Assembly (NCBI GenBank): GCA_965198115.1
Contig: OZ240241.1
Location: 288,001-352,000 of the forward strand
Direction: 5' to 3'
DNA: 64,000 bases
Source of the DNA: Candidatus Latescibacterota bacterium
Lineage (GTDB): Bacteria > Latescibacterota > UBA2968
Shown here: one piece after another, positions 10,328-20,504 of the stretch
Layout of the letters: each line of letters opens with the position of its first letter
Position numbering within the stretch: position 1 is the stretch's first letter
Made by a program: the position numbers and the translations under genes
Notes under the pieces: generated by a model
What the model was told of the DNA's origin: nothing
Seen by the model: the letters and a program-made list of their open reading frames with translations, nothing else
The model's database searches: none

Positions 10328-11701
10328 GAGCTATAATCAAAAGGTGTGGAAAAAGAGAAAGGGCGACCCTACCCTTCCCGTGAGATAGTTGATTCACACA
10401 AAACCGGGTGAGAGGCCCGGTTGGGAAGGAGGATCGCCGTGAAGGAACATACGCATAGAGCCCCATTGAAGTCCATGCCGACGTGGGAGACGGTTGACGA
10501 TTGGATCCGTGAAGAGATCCAGGGCCGGTTCCAGTCCATTCTGGAGGAGGAGGCGACCGCGTTCTTGGGCCGGTCGTGGTATGAGCGCCGAGCCGAGGTC
10601 GATAGCTCCACGGGCTACAGGAACGGCTACGGCAAGCCCCGGCGTCTCTCGACGAGCTGCGGAACGATCAAGGTCCGGCGTCCCCGGGTTCGTGGTCTGG
10701 AAGAGCGGTTTGAAAGCCGCATCCTCCCCCTGTTCGCCCGGAGAACCAGGGCCATTGGAGATCTGCTTCCCGACCTTTATCTCCACGGTCTCTCCCAGGG
10801 CGACTTCGAGTTGTCTTTGCGTGCGCTGCTCGGTGATGGCGCGCCGCTTTCGCCGACCTCGATCGCTCGTCTTCGAGGGAAGTGGGAGGTCGACTTCCAG
10901 GACTGGAAAGAAAGGCGTCTGGATAATCGCGAACTGGTCTACGCCTGGGCTGATGGCATCTACGTCAAAGCCGGGCTCGAGCGCGAGAAGGCGTGTCTGC
11001 TGGTCGTGATCGGCGCGATGAGCGACGGCAGCAAGGAGATCCTGGCGATAGAACCCGGTTATCGAGAGTCTACAGAATCCTGGCTCACGGTGCTCCGGGA
11101 TCTCCGGGATCGCGGGCTCGAACATCCTGTCCTGATCGCCGCGGACGGGAATATGGGCATCTGGGCGGCCGTTGATCAGGTCTGGCCAGAGAGCCGGCAA
11201 CAACGGTGCTGGAACCACAAGATCCTCAACGTGCTCGACAAGGTCGCCAAGCGTGCACAGGCTGAAGCCCGCGCACTGCTCGTCCAGATCCCCTATGCCG
11301 GCACGAAAAAGGAGGCCGAGAAGCTCCGGAAACGCTTTGCCGCACGGTATCGCTCACAGTTCCCTGCCGCCGTGGAGACGCTCGAAAGAGACTGGGATCG
11401 GATGGTCACGTTCTACGACTTCCCGAAGGAACACTGGAAACACCTGAGAACCACGAACGTCGTCGAGAGCCCCTTTGCTTCCGTTCGGCTTCGCACAAAC
11501 GCCGCCAGGCGATTCAAGAAAGTCAGGAACGCCACGACTCTCATCTGGCGTACGCTCAAGGTCGCAGAGAGCCGATTCAGGAAACTCACCGCGCCACACT
11601 TGCTACAACAAGTCTACGATCAGAAACACTCAACCGGACCGCAGGTCGAAGCCGGGAAGATGGCCGCCTGATTTCTTTTACACACCTATTGACCTGAACT
11701 C
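10328..11701 (+). mobile_element. IS256-family element, copy 2 (1374 bp), 8-bp TSD CGGAGAGT
   Basis: Near-identical to copy 1 in inverted orientation; TSD at 10320-10327 and 11702-11709. Confidence 0.93.
10421..11671 (+). CDS. IS256-family transposase
   Basis: 416 aa; differs from copy 1 at two visible residues (F/S, R/T). Confidence 0.93.
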   Translation: MGRRIAVKEHTHRAPLKSMPTWETVDDWIREEIQGRFQSILEEEATAFLGRSWYERRAEVDSSTGYRNGYGKPRRLSTSCGTIKVRRPRVRGLEERFESRILPLFARRTRAIGDLLPDLYLHGLSQGDFELSLRALLGDGAPLSPTSIARLRGKWEVDFQDWKERRLDNRELVYAWADGIYVKAGLEREKACLLVVIGAMSDGSKEILAIEPGYRESTESWLTVLRDLRDRGLEHPVLIAADGNMGIWAAVDQVWPESRQQRCWNHKILNVLDKVAKRAQAEARALLVQIPYAGTKKEAEKLRKRFAARYRSQFPAAVETLERDWDRMVTFYDFPKEHWKHLRTTNVVESPFASVRLRTNAARRFKKVRNATTLIWRTLKVAESRFRKLTAPHLLQQVYDQKHSTGPQVEAGKMAA

Positions 11702-11974
11702 CGGAGAGTTTCGACGTCCACACTCCGAGCGTAAGATCATTACCTTGAAAAGTGCAGCACTTATTTCGTGGCAAACCCTTACCATGTCGATGTAGTCGAA
11801 GACAGGGTTCCATTGTCGATGCTGTGACATAGTCCTTTGGCCAGTCGGTAGGTCCGTTGTTGGCCGATAACATCCTGAAGAACCCGGCCTTTCATAGCTG
11901 TAGCCGCAATCCTCTTTCCCCGGTACAGCGGAGTGACGGCGAGGGCCAGACCTTTTCGCAGAAAGGCAAACGGC

Positions 11975-13281
11975 ATGCGTCTCACTAAAAATACGGTCAT
12001 CGGTCTCGTCGCATTGGCAGCATTCGGCTACGGCGGATACGAGATCTACTCTCTTCGCCAGGGACTGACACGCCTGGAATCCCGGATCGCGTCGGCAAGC
12101 CCCCAGGTCATACCTTTCGCATCCTCAGGGCGGACGACGCTTGCTCCAGGTTGGAACAAGATCGCTTCTCTTCCCGAGGTGGACCTCCTGCGATCAGCGG
12201 TCTTTCCCGACCGGAAGAACGCCCATGCCGTGGGAAGGGATGCGGGCATAGGTGTCGTTCTGTCGGTCACGCGGCGAGGATGGAGCTGGCGCCAGTCTTC
12301 TGTTGCCAAAGAGCTCTATGGGGTGGACTTCCCGACTGTGACGCACGGCTATGCCGTTGGCAGAGACGGTCTCGTGATAAGAACGGTCAATTCTGGGACA
12401 AACTGGGCATCGCAGAATCCTGGGCCTGCACTCGGTTGGGATCTCCGATCGGTCGCATTCACGGATCAGCTGGAAGGACACGTCGTTGGATCCGGTGGCC
12501 GGACCTGCGTACAATCGATGGCCATAAGTGGGATGGCTACAAAAAGCAGGTCATCGTCAGCCATCTAGCGGCAGTTCACTTCCACAACCGAAGTCGAGGT
12601 TACGCGATCGGGGAAAGGCCGAATGTCTATGCAACACAGAACGACGGCGAGAACTGGGAGGTTTTTCAGCAAAACAGCGGCTGGGATATGCTGGACGTAC
12701 ACTTCCCTACGCCGAACATCGGCTATGCTGTAGGGTTTAGGGGCAAGATCCTAAGGTCGGACGACATCGGCCGGAGTTGGGCGTCACAGGTTTCGGGAAT
12801 CAACGAGATGCTGAACTCTGTTTGGTTCCTGAGCGCAGACGAGGGGTTCGCAGTCGGGGGATCACGCGGTGGAACGGGAATCATCCTGGCCACCACGAAT
12901 GCGGGGGCTACGTGGACCTCCCAATCATCCCCCCAAGCCCTCTTCGATGTCAGATTCCTGACTCTCGAGTTTGGTTACGCCGTCGGAGACGCTGGCGCGT
13001 TCCTCGTGACTTCCGATCGTGGACAGACCTGGCGGGAGGTTGCGGAGTTTGGAGCACTCACGCACACCCACGCCGACGTCTGGCATCTCGTCGGCGACTC
13101 TGGACTTACGCTCAGGACCACCGACTCCGCGGCGTGAACTTCTCCATCGGGGCGTCTCCGACCGAAGAGAAGCTGAACGATGTCTTCTTTCCGGATAGCT
13201 TCCTGAGATTGATCGGATACGCGGTAGGCGAACGTGGTACTGTCATCCGGACGACGGACCGGGGAGATTCGTGGATCCTTA
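11975..13281 (+). pseudogene. YCF48/BNR-repeat beta-propeller protein with N-terminal anchor; two frameshifts, and IS630 in the last codons
   Basis: Repeated LxxVxFxxxxxGYAVGxxGxIxRTxDxGxxW blades across three frames (shifts near 12503 and 13128). Removing the IS630 gives ...GDSWILKE*. Confidence 0.75.
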
Positions 13282-14544
13282 GTACTCCTGTTCTCAAATA
13301 CGGTGACGTATTCTAAGCAGACTTTGCCAAGGGCGTATCGTAGAACCTGAGTTTGTCGATCATCTCCGCGAGATCTGTTCGTGTGAACTTCCATTTGAAG
13401 GGTGTGGCGATACGTCCGTAGCGTTCCTGAAAACCGAGGATTCTTGCCTCAAGCTCTTCGAGCGATGCAAATTCGATAGGTGTCAGAGCCTTGCGTTTGA
13501 GGATCGAGAAGTAGATCTCGATCTGATTGAGCCAGCTTGCGTGGATCGGAAGGTGAACGGGGTGGATGTTTGGCCACTTCCCCTGGATACGGTCGATGCA
13601 TGTTTGCCCTCGGTGCGAGGAGCCATTATCCACGATGAGGTAGACTTTCTTTGCCGAGCAATAGGGTTTCCGGCTCATGATCAGGCTCAGGAGCCGGTTG
13701 AAGGGCTCGATACCCGAAGAAGACTCACAGAGACCGAAGATTCGACCATTGTGCACGTCGAGAGCAGCCAGATAGGCCAGGGCTCCTTTCCGCTCGTATT
13801 CGTGTTTCAACGCGTGCCGCTCTGTTCGAGGCTGGCGGTAGGGTAACGTGCTTGCGAGCTCGTGCTTGAATACTGGTCTTTTCGTCGGCAGAAAGTACAT
13901 ATTCCCTCGGCCCTAAAGGCTTTCCTTGCCATTGGCGGTGATACAGATCAAGGACTCTACCTGCTTTGGTTTGGAAGTCCGGGTCCCGTGGGAAAATCCA
14001 GGAACGATGATACCAAGGACGAATCGCGTCCTCGTTCAACCAGCGCCAGACAGTGGCGCCGCTGATCTTGGCAACGAAGCCCCTTTGCACTGCCTCGGCG
14101 GCAATCTCGGAACAGCTGAACCGCGAGAGCGGTATCCCGCTCTCGCTCGGTAGTTCACACGCCAGCGCCTTGATCTGAACGACCACCTGAGGGGGGAAAA
14201 ACCGGGCGGGCGCCCGGGACGAGATCTATCTTCGAGTCCCGAAAGACGCTCTTCGAAAAAGCGCTTACGCCATTTGCTTACGATCGGACGCGGGACATCC
14301 AACCGTTGGGCGATAATCTTGTTGGATAATCCCTCGGCGGCGAGAAGCACGATTTTCGATCGGATCACTTGATAATACGGTAACGTATATTGTCCAGCCA
14401 TTCGCTCGAGGTCGACCCGTTCCTTCTCAGACAGTAGCACCACATAAGGCGAACGTCTTGGCATTGTTCTCCTCCTTTTGAAGGAGAACATAAGCTACAA
14501 ATAATGTTCAGAACATACGTAATAATATTTATGAACCCATGCAC
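13282..14544 (-). mobile_element. IS630-family element with TA target duplication
   Basis: TA at 13280-13281 and 14545-14546; imperfect IRs GTACTCCTGTTCTCAAATA / GTGCATGGGTTCATAAATA. Confidence 0.85.
13313..14491 (-). CDS. IS630 transposase (HTH orfA, probable programmed frameshift at TTTTTCCCCCC near 14191-14201, extra indel near 13807)
   Basis: SADEKTSIQA, HEYERKG, IVDNGSSH and HLPIHASWLNQIEIYFS motifs. Confidence 0.85.
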
Positions 14545-14627
14545 TAAGGAGTAATTATAAATGGCGAAAGAACATCAGGTTATTGTTCGGGTGTCTACCC
14601 GAACACTTATCTCCGCTTCAACCCCCT

Positions 14628-16106
14628 TTAAACTTCACGCTTGGTGTCGATCCAGCGGTTGATGGTCACCTTCTGACGGGTGAAAAAAGAAACGCCTTCG
14701 CGGCCCTGGACGTGCAGGTCGCCGAAGAAGGAGTTGTTCCAGCCCGAGAACGGGAAGAAGGCCATGGGAGCCGGGACGCCGACGTTGATGCCGACCATTC
14801 CGGCGTTGACGTGATGTCGAAACGTGCGCGCCGCGCCCCCGCTCGACGTGAAGAGGACGGCCGCGTTGCCGAATCCGCTGTCGTTGCATCGTTCGATGGC
14901 TCCGTGGAGGTCGTCGGTGTGCATTACGGAGAGGACGGGGCCGAAGAGTTCGTCCTTCGCGATCGACATGTTGGGTTCGACCTTGTCGAAGACGGTGGGT
15001 CCGAGGTAGAAACCGTTGGGGGCGTCTTCGACTTTGACGTCTCGGCCGTCGACGAACAGGTCGGCCCCTTCTTTGAGACCGACATCGATTGAAGCGTGCA
15101 GGGATTCCAGATGCTGCCGCGTGACGACGGCACCCATCTGCGAGTCGGGATCGCGATCGGTCGGGCCGACGCGCATTTTACGGGCGGCATCGCCGAGGGG
15201 ATCGAGGAAGCGATTGCCAGCCTCTTCGGCACATACGAGAACGCTTCCGGCCATGCAACGCTCACCGGCGCACCCATAGGCGGAACCCATAACAGCATCG
15301 ATGGTGGAATCGAGGTCGGCGTCGGGCAGGACGACCATGTAGTTTTTCGCGCCCCCGGCGGACTGAACGCGCTTGCCGTTTTGCGTGGCGGTTTCATACA
15401 CGTATTTGGCGACGGGCGTCGAACCGACGAATGAAACGGTCCGGACGAGAGGATGCGTGAGGAGGGTGTCGACCGCGTCTTTACCCCCGTGAACGAGGTT
15501 GACGACGCCCTTCGGGCAACCCGCTTCCTCGAGCAGTTCGATCATTCGGATGGCGCTGAGCGGGACCTTTTCCGACGGTTTGAGCACGAATGTGTTTCCG
15601 CATACGAGGGCGACGGGGAGTGTCCAGAGAGGAACCATCACGGGGAAATTGAACGGCGAGATGGCCACGGAGACGCCGAGCGGCTGGCGAATCGTGTCGC
15701 AGTCGATGCCGCGAGCGATGTTTTCGAGCGATTCTCCCATCAGCAGGGATGGAGCGCCACAGGCGAATTCGACGACTTCGATTCCGCGCCGGACGGAGCC
15801 GCGTGACTCTTCGAGGGTTTTGCCGTTCTCACGCGTGACGATCTGGGACAGCTCTTCGAAATGGTCCTCGAGAAGCTGTTTGAACCTGAACATGATTTGC
15901 GCGCGATCGGTGGCCGGGGTCTCCGACCAATCCGGAAAGGCGTTATGGGCGGCTTCGATCGCTCGGCTGACTTCGTCAGCATCGCCCACGGGCGTCGCAG
16001 CGATCTGCGTCCCATCCGAAGGGTTGTAGACGGGGCTCGTTTCCTTCGCGGACGAGGCTTGCCATTCGCCTCCGATGAAGACACGGCAGGTTTCGGGTTG
16101 GGGCAT
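14628..16106 (-). CDS. mmsA: CoA-acylating methylmalonate-semialdehyde dehydrogenase
   Basis: ENGKT, PFNFPVMVPLW, LKPSEKVP, SFVGSTP, GGAKN, GCAGERCMA and INVGVPAPMAFFPFSGWNNSFFGDLH. Confidence 0.9.
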   Translation of the reverse strand: MPQPETCRVFIGGEWQASSAKETSPVYNPSDGTQIAATPVGDADEVSRAIEAAHNAFPDWSETPATDRAQIMFRFKQLLEDHFEELSQIVTRENGKTLEESRGSVRRGIEVVEFACGAPSLLMGESLENIARGIDCDTIRQPLGVSVAISPFNFPVMVPLWTLPVALVCGNTFVLKPSEKVPLSAIRMIELLEEAGCPKGVVNLVHGGKDAVDTLLTHPLVRTVSFVGSTPVAKYVYETATQNGKRVQSAGGAKNYMVVLPDADLDSTIDAVMGSAYGCAGERCMAGSVLVCAEEAGNRFLDPLGDAARKMRVGPTDRDPDSQMGAVVTRQHLESLHASIDVGLKEGADLFVDGRDVKVEDAPNGFYLGPTVFDKVEPNMSIAKDELFGPVLSVMHTDDLHGAIERCNDSGFGNAAVLFTSSGGAARTFRHHVNAGMVGINVGVPAPMAFFPFSGWNNSFFGDLHVQGREGVSFFTRQKVTINRWIDTKREV

Positions 16107-16136
16107 TAGGGATTTCTCCTGTGGGGTTACCGTGAT

Positions 16137-16920
16137 CTACGCGTCGATCATCGATTCCAAATTTTCGACACTGTCGGGGCGCTGACCGATACTGGGTGGA
16201 GCCAGAATTCGCTTCTGTTGTTCGGTCATGTCTCCGTTGAATTCGTCGAGCTCGTAGTAGTTCTGCGACCAAGTGGAATGGCCCGGGCTGAATTTATAGA
16301 GGAGCGCACGTCTTTCGTGATCGGCTTCCCAGGGCATCGTTCCGTGGATGAGGGCCTCGGTGAAGATGAGCGCATCGCCAGCCTCAACCTCCGGTTGACG
16401 GACGTATTCGGGTTGTCGATCGAAGGACTTCACGTCGGCCGGTAGATTCGGGACGAAGTTGCTCTTGTGACTGCCAGGAACGCACGCAAACCCGCCGTCG
16501 CCAGGACCTGCGTGCGTGAGGAAATAGGTGCAGACCGTGAGTCCGTTCCGCATCACGCCCGTCGTGGTAGCGATACCAGTGGTCGGCCGCCCGGCCGATG
16601 ACGTGGCCGGATCCGCCGTGCAAGTTCCCGCGCTTCGCCCCTTTTTGCATGAAAATGCAATAGTCGTGATCCGCACGGAATTTCTCGCCAACCAGCTCCA
16701 CCAGATAGGGCAGCGTTTTGGGATGGTCGAAGAGGTTGACGCAGGCCGGATCCCAATGTGATACGCGACTGGTGCGCTTGAAACCGGTTTCCTCGTCATA
16801 CGGTTCGGGAAACTCGCGATCGGCGATGGCGTTGAGGTTCGCGACCTCCTCTTTGCTCAGCGCGTTCTTGATGACGATGTAGCCTTGCAGGTCGAAGATG
16901 AATTTCTCTTCAGGTGTCAT
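16137..16920 (-). CDS. PhyH-family Fe(II)/2OG dioxygenase (HGG type), +1 frameshift near 16559
   Basis: FDLQGYIVIKNAL, LHGG, GGFACVPGSHK and GDALIFTEALIHGT; paralog of the 24022 and 25063 genes. Confidence 0.85.
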
Positions 16921-17270
16921 GGAAACTCCTTGAAACCAAAAGCAGCCATGGAGAACACAGAGAACACGGAGGGACCTGTCCGCGGGTTCGAGGCCCTATC
17001 CGGGGATGAGAGTCGGAGTAGCTTCAGAGCATCTCCCGATTGTTGTGGTCTTACCGATATCCGACAGCGGAAAAAGCAGTGTCATCCCGGTACGCTTCTG
17101 AGCCGGGATCCATTCTGATTTCGGAAAGCGAACACAACCCCGTTGGGTTGGATATACTCTCTGCCGATGGCCAAGGGTTCTTCGAACCCTTGGCTGAGAA
17201 ACTCAACCCCTTCGGGGTTGGAACGGCCCACAATCCTTCGAGTCTTTGTGCCTTCGTGTATGTCTTGGTT

Positions 17271-18728
17271 TCACGTTCCGTGTTTGCGGAACGCGGGTTT
17301 CTCTCCTGGCACGGGCGAGTTATCGAAGGCACCCCTTGCCAGTACTGCATCCACTCCACCGAAGGAATCGATTTTGGCTTTCTGATCGGCTTTGGCATTC
17401 GCGTCTTCGGCTTCGGGATCGACGATCGCGCGCAGGTTGACCTCGTAGCGTTCGATCGTGGCGGCGTGGGACGGATCGGGGGCGAGGTCGTTGACTTCGT
17501 CGGGGTCTGCGGTGCAATCGAAGAGCTGGGGATCGTCATTCACGTAGTGAACGTATTTGTAGTCGCGGTCCCGTACCATGTAGAAGGCGTGTTCGGACCC
17601 GACCGCGTGGTACTCGCTGAAGACGGTGCGGTCCCTGTCGGGCCTGTTGGCGATCGTTAACATCGATTCGCCGGGGAGATCGGCGTCGGCGTCCGAATAC
17701 GATGCGCCGACGCATTCAACGGCGGTCTGGAAGGTATCGATCAGAGAAACAGGTGTTTCGCAGACCTTTCCCGCTGGGATATCGGGTCCGGCAGCAATCA
17801 TGGGAACGGCGGCCGCATCGTCATACATCGTAAACTTGCCGTAAATGCCACGAGAGCCGAAATGCTCCCCGTGATCGGACGTGTAGACGACGCGCGTGTT
17901 CTTTGAAAGACCCAGGGCGTCGATATGATCGAGCACACGACCGATTTGGGCGTCGACATACGTGCACGCGCCGAAGTAGGCGGCCATCATCTGCTGGATT
18001 TCGTCTTCGTTGAACTGGGGTGGGCCGAAATCGAAGAAGCGTCGAAAGTAGTCCATCGCTCCGTGTGCTGGCCAATTCTCTTCCTTCCATTGCTTTGGCC
18101 ACGGGAGGTCGCCGCCGTCGTAGAGGTCGAACATTTCCTGCGGGGCGGTGTAGGGTGGGTGTGGGCAAACGAACGAGAGGAAGCAGGCCCAGGGCTTGTC
18201 ATCCTCCTTGTGGGAGTCCAGCCAGGCGATACCGCCGTCGGCATTGCGCTTGTCGTATTGGAGATACGTCGAGTCACCGGGTCCTGCGTTCAGGATGCCG
18301 CCGCGTTTCTTGCGGAAGGGCGCGTCCTTCCGAATGCAACCGAGGAGATCTCCGACTCCCTCGACGACGTGGAGGGGTTCGATCTCTTGCGTGAAGCCGT
18401 GGTCGTCGCCCGGCCCGCTGAAGTGGAGTTTGCCAATCGAGTCCACCGTGTAGCCCTGTTCGCGCAAACGATGATGCCAGCTCTCGGTGCTGCCATCGTA
18501 GGGATGACCATTGTCCCAGGCCCGAATCTGGTGGACGTAGCGCCCGGTCGCGAGTGACGCGCGGACGGGCACGCAGATGGCGCAGTTCGTGTAGGCGTTG
18601 CTGAATCGCGTGCCTCGCTCGGCAAGCCGGTCGAGGTTGGGTGTCTGGACGACGGGATGGCTGTAGCAGCCGAGGGCATCGCGGTTGTGTTGGTCAGAGA
18701 TGATGTAGAGGAAATTGGCGGGATCCAA
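17271..18728 (-). CDS. Sulfatase (choline-sulfatase-like)
   Basis: IISDQH, CVPVRASLATG (CxPxR), GKLHF, PHPP, SDHGE and GKFTMY. Confidence 0.9.
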   Translation of the reverse strand: MDPANFLYIISDQHNRDALGCYSHPVVQTPNLDRLAERGTRFSNAYTNCAICVPVRASLATGRYVHQIRAWDNGHPYDGSTESWHHRLREQGYTVDSIGKLHFSGPGDDHGFTQEIEPLHVVEGVGDLLGCIRKDAPFRKKRGGILNAGPGDSTYLQYDKRNADGGIAWLDSHKEDDKPWACFLSFVCPHPPYTAPQEMFDLYDGGDLPWPKQWKEENWPAHGAMDYFRRFFDFGPPQFNEDEIQQMMAAYFGACTYVDAQIGRVLDHIDALGLSKNTRVVYTSDHGEHFGSRGIYGKFTMYDDAAAVPMIAAGPDIPAGKVCETPVSLIDTFQTAVECVGASYSDADADLPGESMLTIANRPDRDRTVFSEYHAVGSEHAFYMVRDRDYKYVHYVNDDPQLFDCTADPDEVNDLAPDPSHAATIERYEVNLRAIVDPEAEDANAKADQKAKIDSFGGVDAVLARGAFDNSPVPGEKPAFRKHGT

Positions 18729-18793
18729 GGCAGTATCCAGTTGAGTAGCGTTGTCAGTTGTCGGGGCGCCGGCCAGAGAGCGGCCGTCTAAGG

Positions 18794-20233
18794 CTACGCC
18801 GTCTGTCTAGGTGAATCGGCGATCATTCGGTCGAGGACGTTGCGCGTGATGCGTTGAACTCTTGAATCGACACCGAGAGGGCCGGAGCGGCCGGTTCTGG
18901 CCGGGATGTGCCCCGGCGGCTGTGAGAGGCCTTCAGGCCACCAGATGGTACCGGCGTTGAAGACCCAATTGCCTTTCGAACACGGGTAGACGAGCGCGCC
19001 GTGACGTTGATCGGGGTTCGATCGGTGCGATCGTGGAAAGAGGTCGGTTTCGGCGACGACCTCGAGTCCGTCGATGTCGGCATACGGCGGTCCGTGGTAT
19101 TCCCAGCCGATCAAACCCGGGATCACGTCGCCGTCGTCGAGATCCGTATCGTCGTAGATCCAGTGTTTGCCGTTCGAGACGACCCAATCGCCGGCTGCGC
19201 TTCCGTAAGACTTGGACCCCATCAAGCGCTCCTCGTCGCCCATTAGTTGCTTGCGGGCGAATGCGCGACAGGGTACGCCGGTGACCTCGCTGTCGTAGAA
19301 CTCGATTTCGTGGTAGACGGCGTTGCCCGACAGGAACGCGATGCTGAGTCCGTCGTCGCGGGCGGCGAGCGCGTTGTCGAACATGTCGCGTGACCAGTAT
19401 TCGTCGTGGGCGACGGAAATCAACGCCTTGCTTCTCGAGAGCACGCTGGGGTCGCGTTGTAGATCCAGGTTAGAGCAGTAGCCGACGTCATAGCCCTGCG
19501 ATTCGAGCCAGAATACGAGCGGGTGCTCCCAGAGGAGGAATTCGCCGGAGCCGATCGACAGGGGCGCGTCGAGGATCTGGCAGTATTTCGAAAAGGGTCG
19601 ATCGAGACTGACGCGCACATTCGGTCCGGAGTACCAGAGTGGCCCACTGCCGTCGTCATAAATCGAATCGTTTGCCGGCCACTTGTTGTACGCTTGCCAC
19701 GTCAGGTCGCTGACCTGGACGAGCAGGTCGGTTCGGGAACGGGTCTTGACGATGAAGATGACGTAGCTTTGCCAGCCCGGTTCGTCGCATCGGCAGAGCT
19801 TGGCAAGGTAGACTCCGCTGCACCAGTCATCTGGAATCGTGAATTCGGCCGTGACATCCCACCGGCACGTGCGGAGCCGCTCGATCGTCATCATCGGTAC
19901 GGCTTGTGGCTCGGCCGGAAACGGCCCTCCCGATCCTGCAAAACGTCCCCCTGCTCCCTCGTAACATCCCAGCCGATAGAAGTCCATCTGGACATTGCCT
20001 GCCGGGTCGAGGCTGACGTGGAAACTCATCGTCTCACCGGGATAGACGCTCGAAGCCGACGCGTAGCCCTCGATGGAGGATGACCTGAGACGACGCACCA
20101 TCGGGTAGCCAGCGAGCGCGGTGACGTCATCGAATTTCGTCCACTGTAGCTGCCACTCGAGCGTGCCCGCTCGCCGATTCTCTGCCGTCACGATGCTGTC
20201 AGTAACGGCACTGGATGCGCTGTAAGTACTCAA
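18794..20233 (-). CDS. N,N-dimethylformamidase large-subunit-like (DUF6605) protein
   Basis: IEGYASASSVYPGE, SGVYLAKL, DLTWQAYN, VSLDRP, HDEYWS, FLSGN and VFNAGTIWW. Confidence 0.7.
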   Translation of the reverse strand: MSTYSASSAVTDSIVTAENRRAGTLEWQLQWTKFDDVTALAGYPMVRRLRSSSIEGYASASSVYPGETMSFHVSLDPAGNVQMDFYRLGCYEGAGGRFAGSGGPFPAEPQAVPMMTIERLRTCRWDVTAEFTIPDDWCSGVYLAKLCRCDEPGWQSYVIFIVKTRSRTDLLVQVSDLTWQAYNKWPANDSIYDDGSGPLWYSGPNVRVSLDRPFSKYCQILDAPLSIGSGEFLLWEHPLVFWLESQGYDVGYCSNLDLQRDPSVLSRSKALISVAHDEYWSRDMFDNALAARDDGLSIAFLSGNAVYHEIEFYDSEVTGVPCRAFARKQLMGDEERLMGSKSYGSAAGDWVVSNGKHWIYDDTDLDDGDVIPGLIGWEYHGPPYADIDGLEVVAETDLFPRSHRSNPDQRHGALVYPCSKGNWVFNAGTIWWPEGLSQPPGHIPARTGRSGPLGVDSRVQRITRNVLDRMIADSPRQTA

Positions 20234-20504
20234 GGACGTGTAACTTATCTTTGCCCGAGCAGCCGATCAAGGGTTTATTCGCGAGGGAACTGCGCCACTG
20301 AGCACACAGAGGACACTGAGAAACCCAGACTACCACGGAGAACACGGAGGACGCGGAGAAAAGGCGAGGAAGTACTGGTGTCCGGTTGCACGCATTGAGG
20401 ATCGAGGCTCAGCCTTGCGGTGCGATGCCGAGAAGGCATTGGTCTGAACCCTTGCCTTGCCGCCCGCTTCCCCCGTCTCCCGCTCGAAAACACGAAGGTA
20501 AAAA

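Larger units (their letters stand above)
9131..11721 (-). pseudogene. ISAzo13 transposase; first codons (GTG at 11721) separated from the body by IS256
   Basis: ISVDTKKKELIG, PYGVYD, ADAGGSN and HYPPGTSKWNKIEHRLFS motifs. Removing IS256 restores MDVETLRTKYEALAPVLTERTRRLWAA. Confidence 0.88.
9103..11778 (-). mobile_element. ISAzo13-family element, 3-bp TSD TTA, interrupted by IS256 copy 2
   Basis: Ends GGGTTCGCGAATAAATAA (9103) and TTATTTCGTGGCAAACCC (to 11778), each flanked by TTA. Confidence 0.85.

Noticed and set aside
6670-11701. Composite transposon formed by the two IS256 copies
   Set aside because: Each copy has its own distinct TSD, so they are independent insertions.
11975-13281. 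Photosystem II assembly factor YCF48 implying phototrophy
   Set aside because: YCF48-like propellers are widespread in non-phototrophs; no photosynthesis genes are present.
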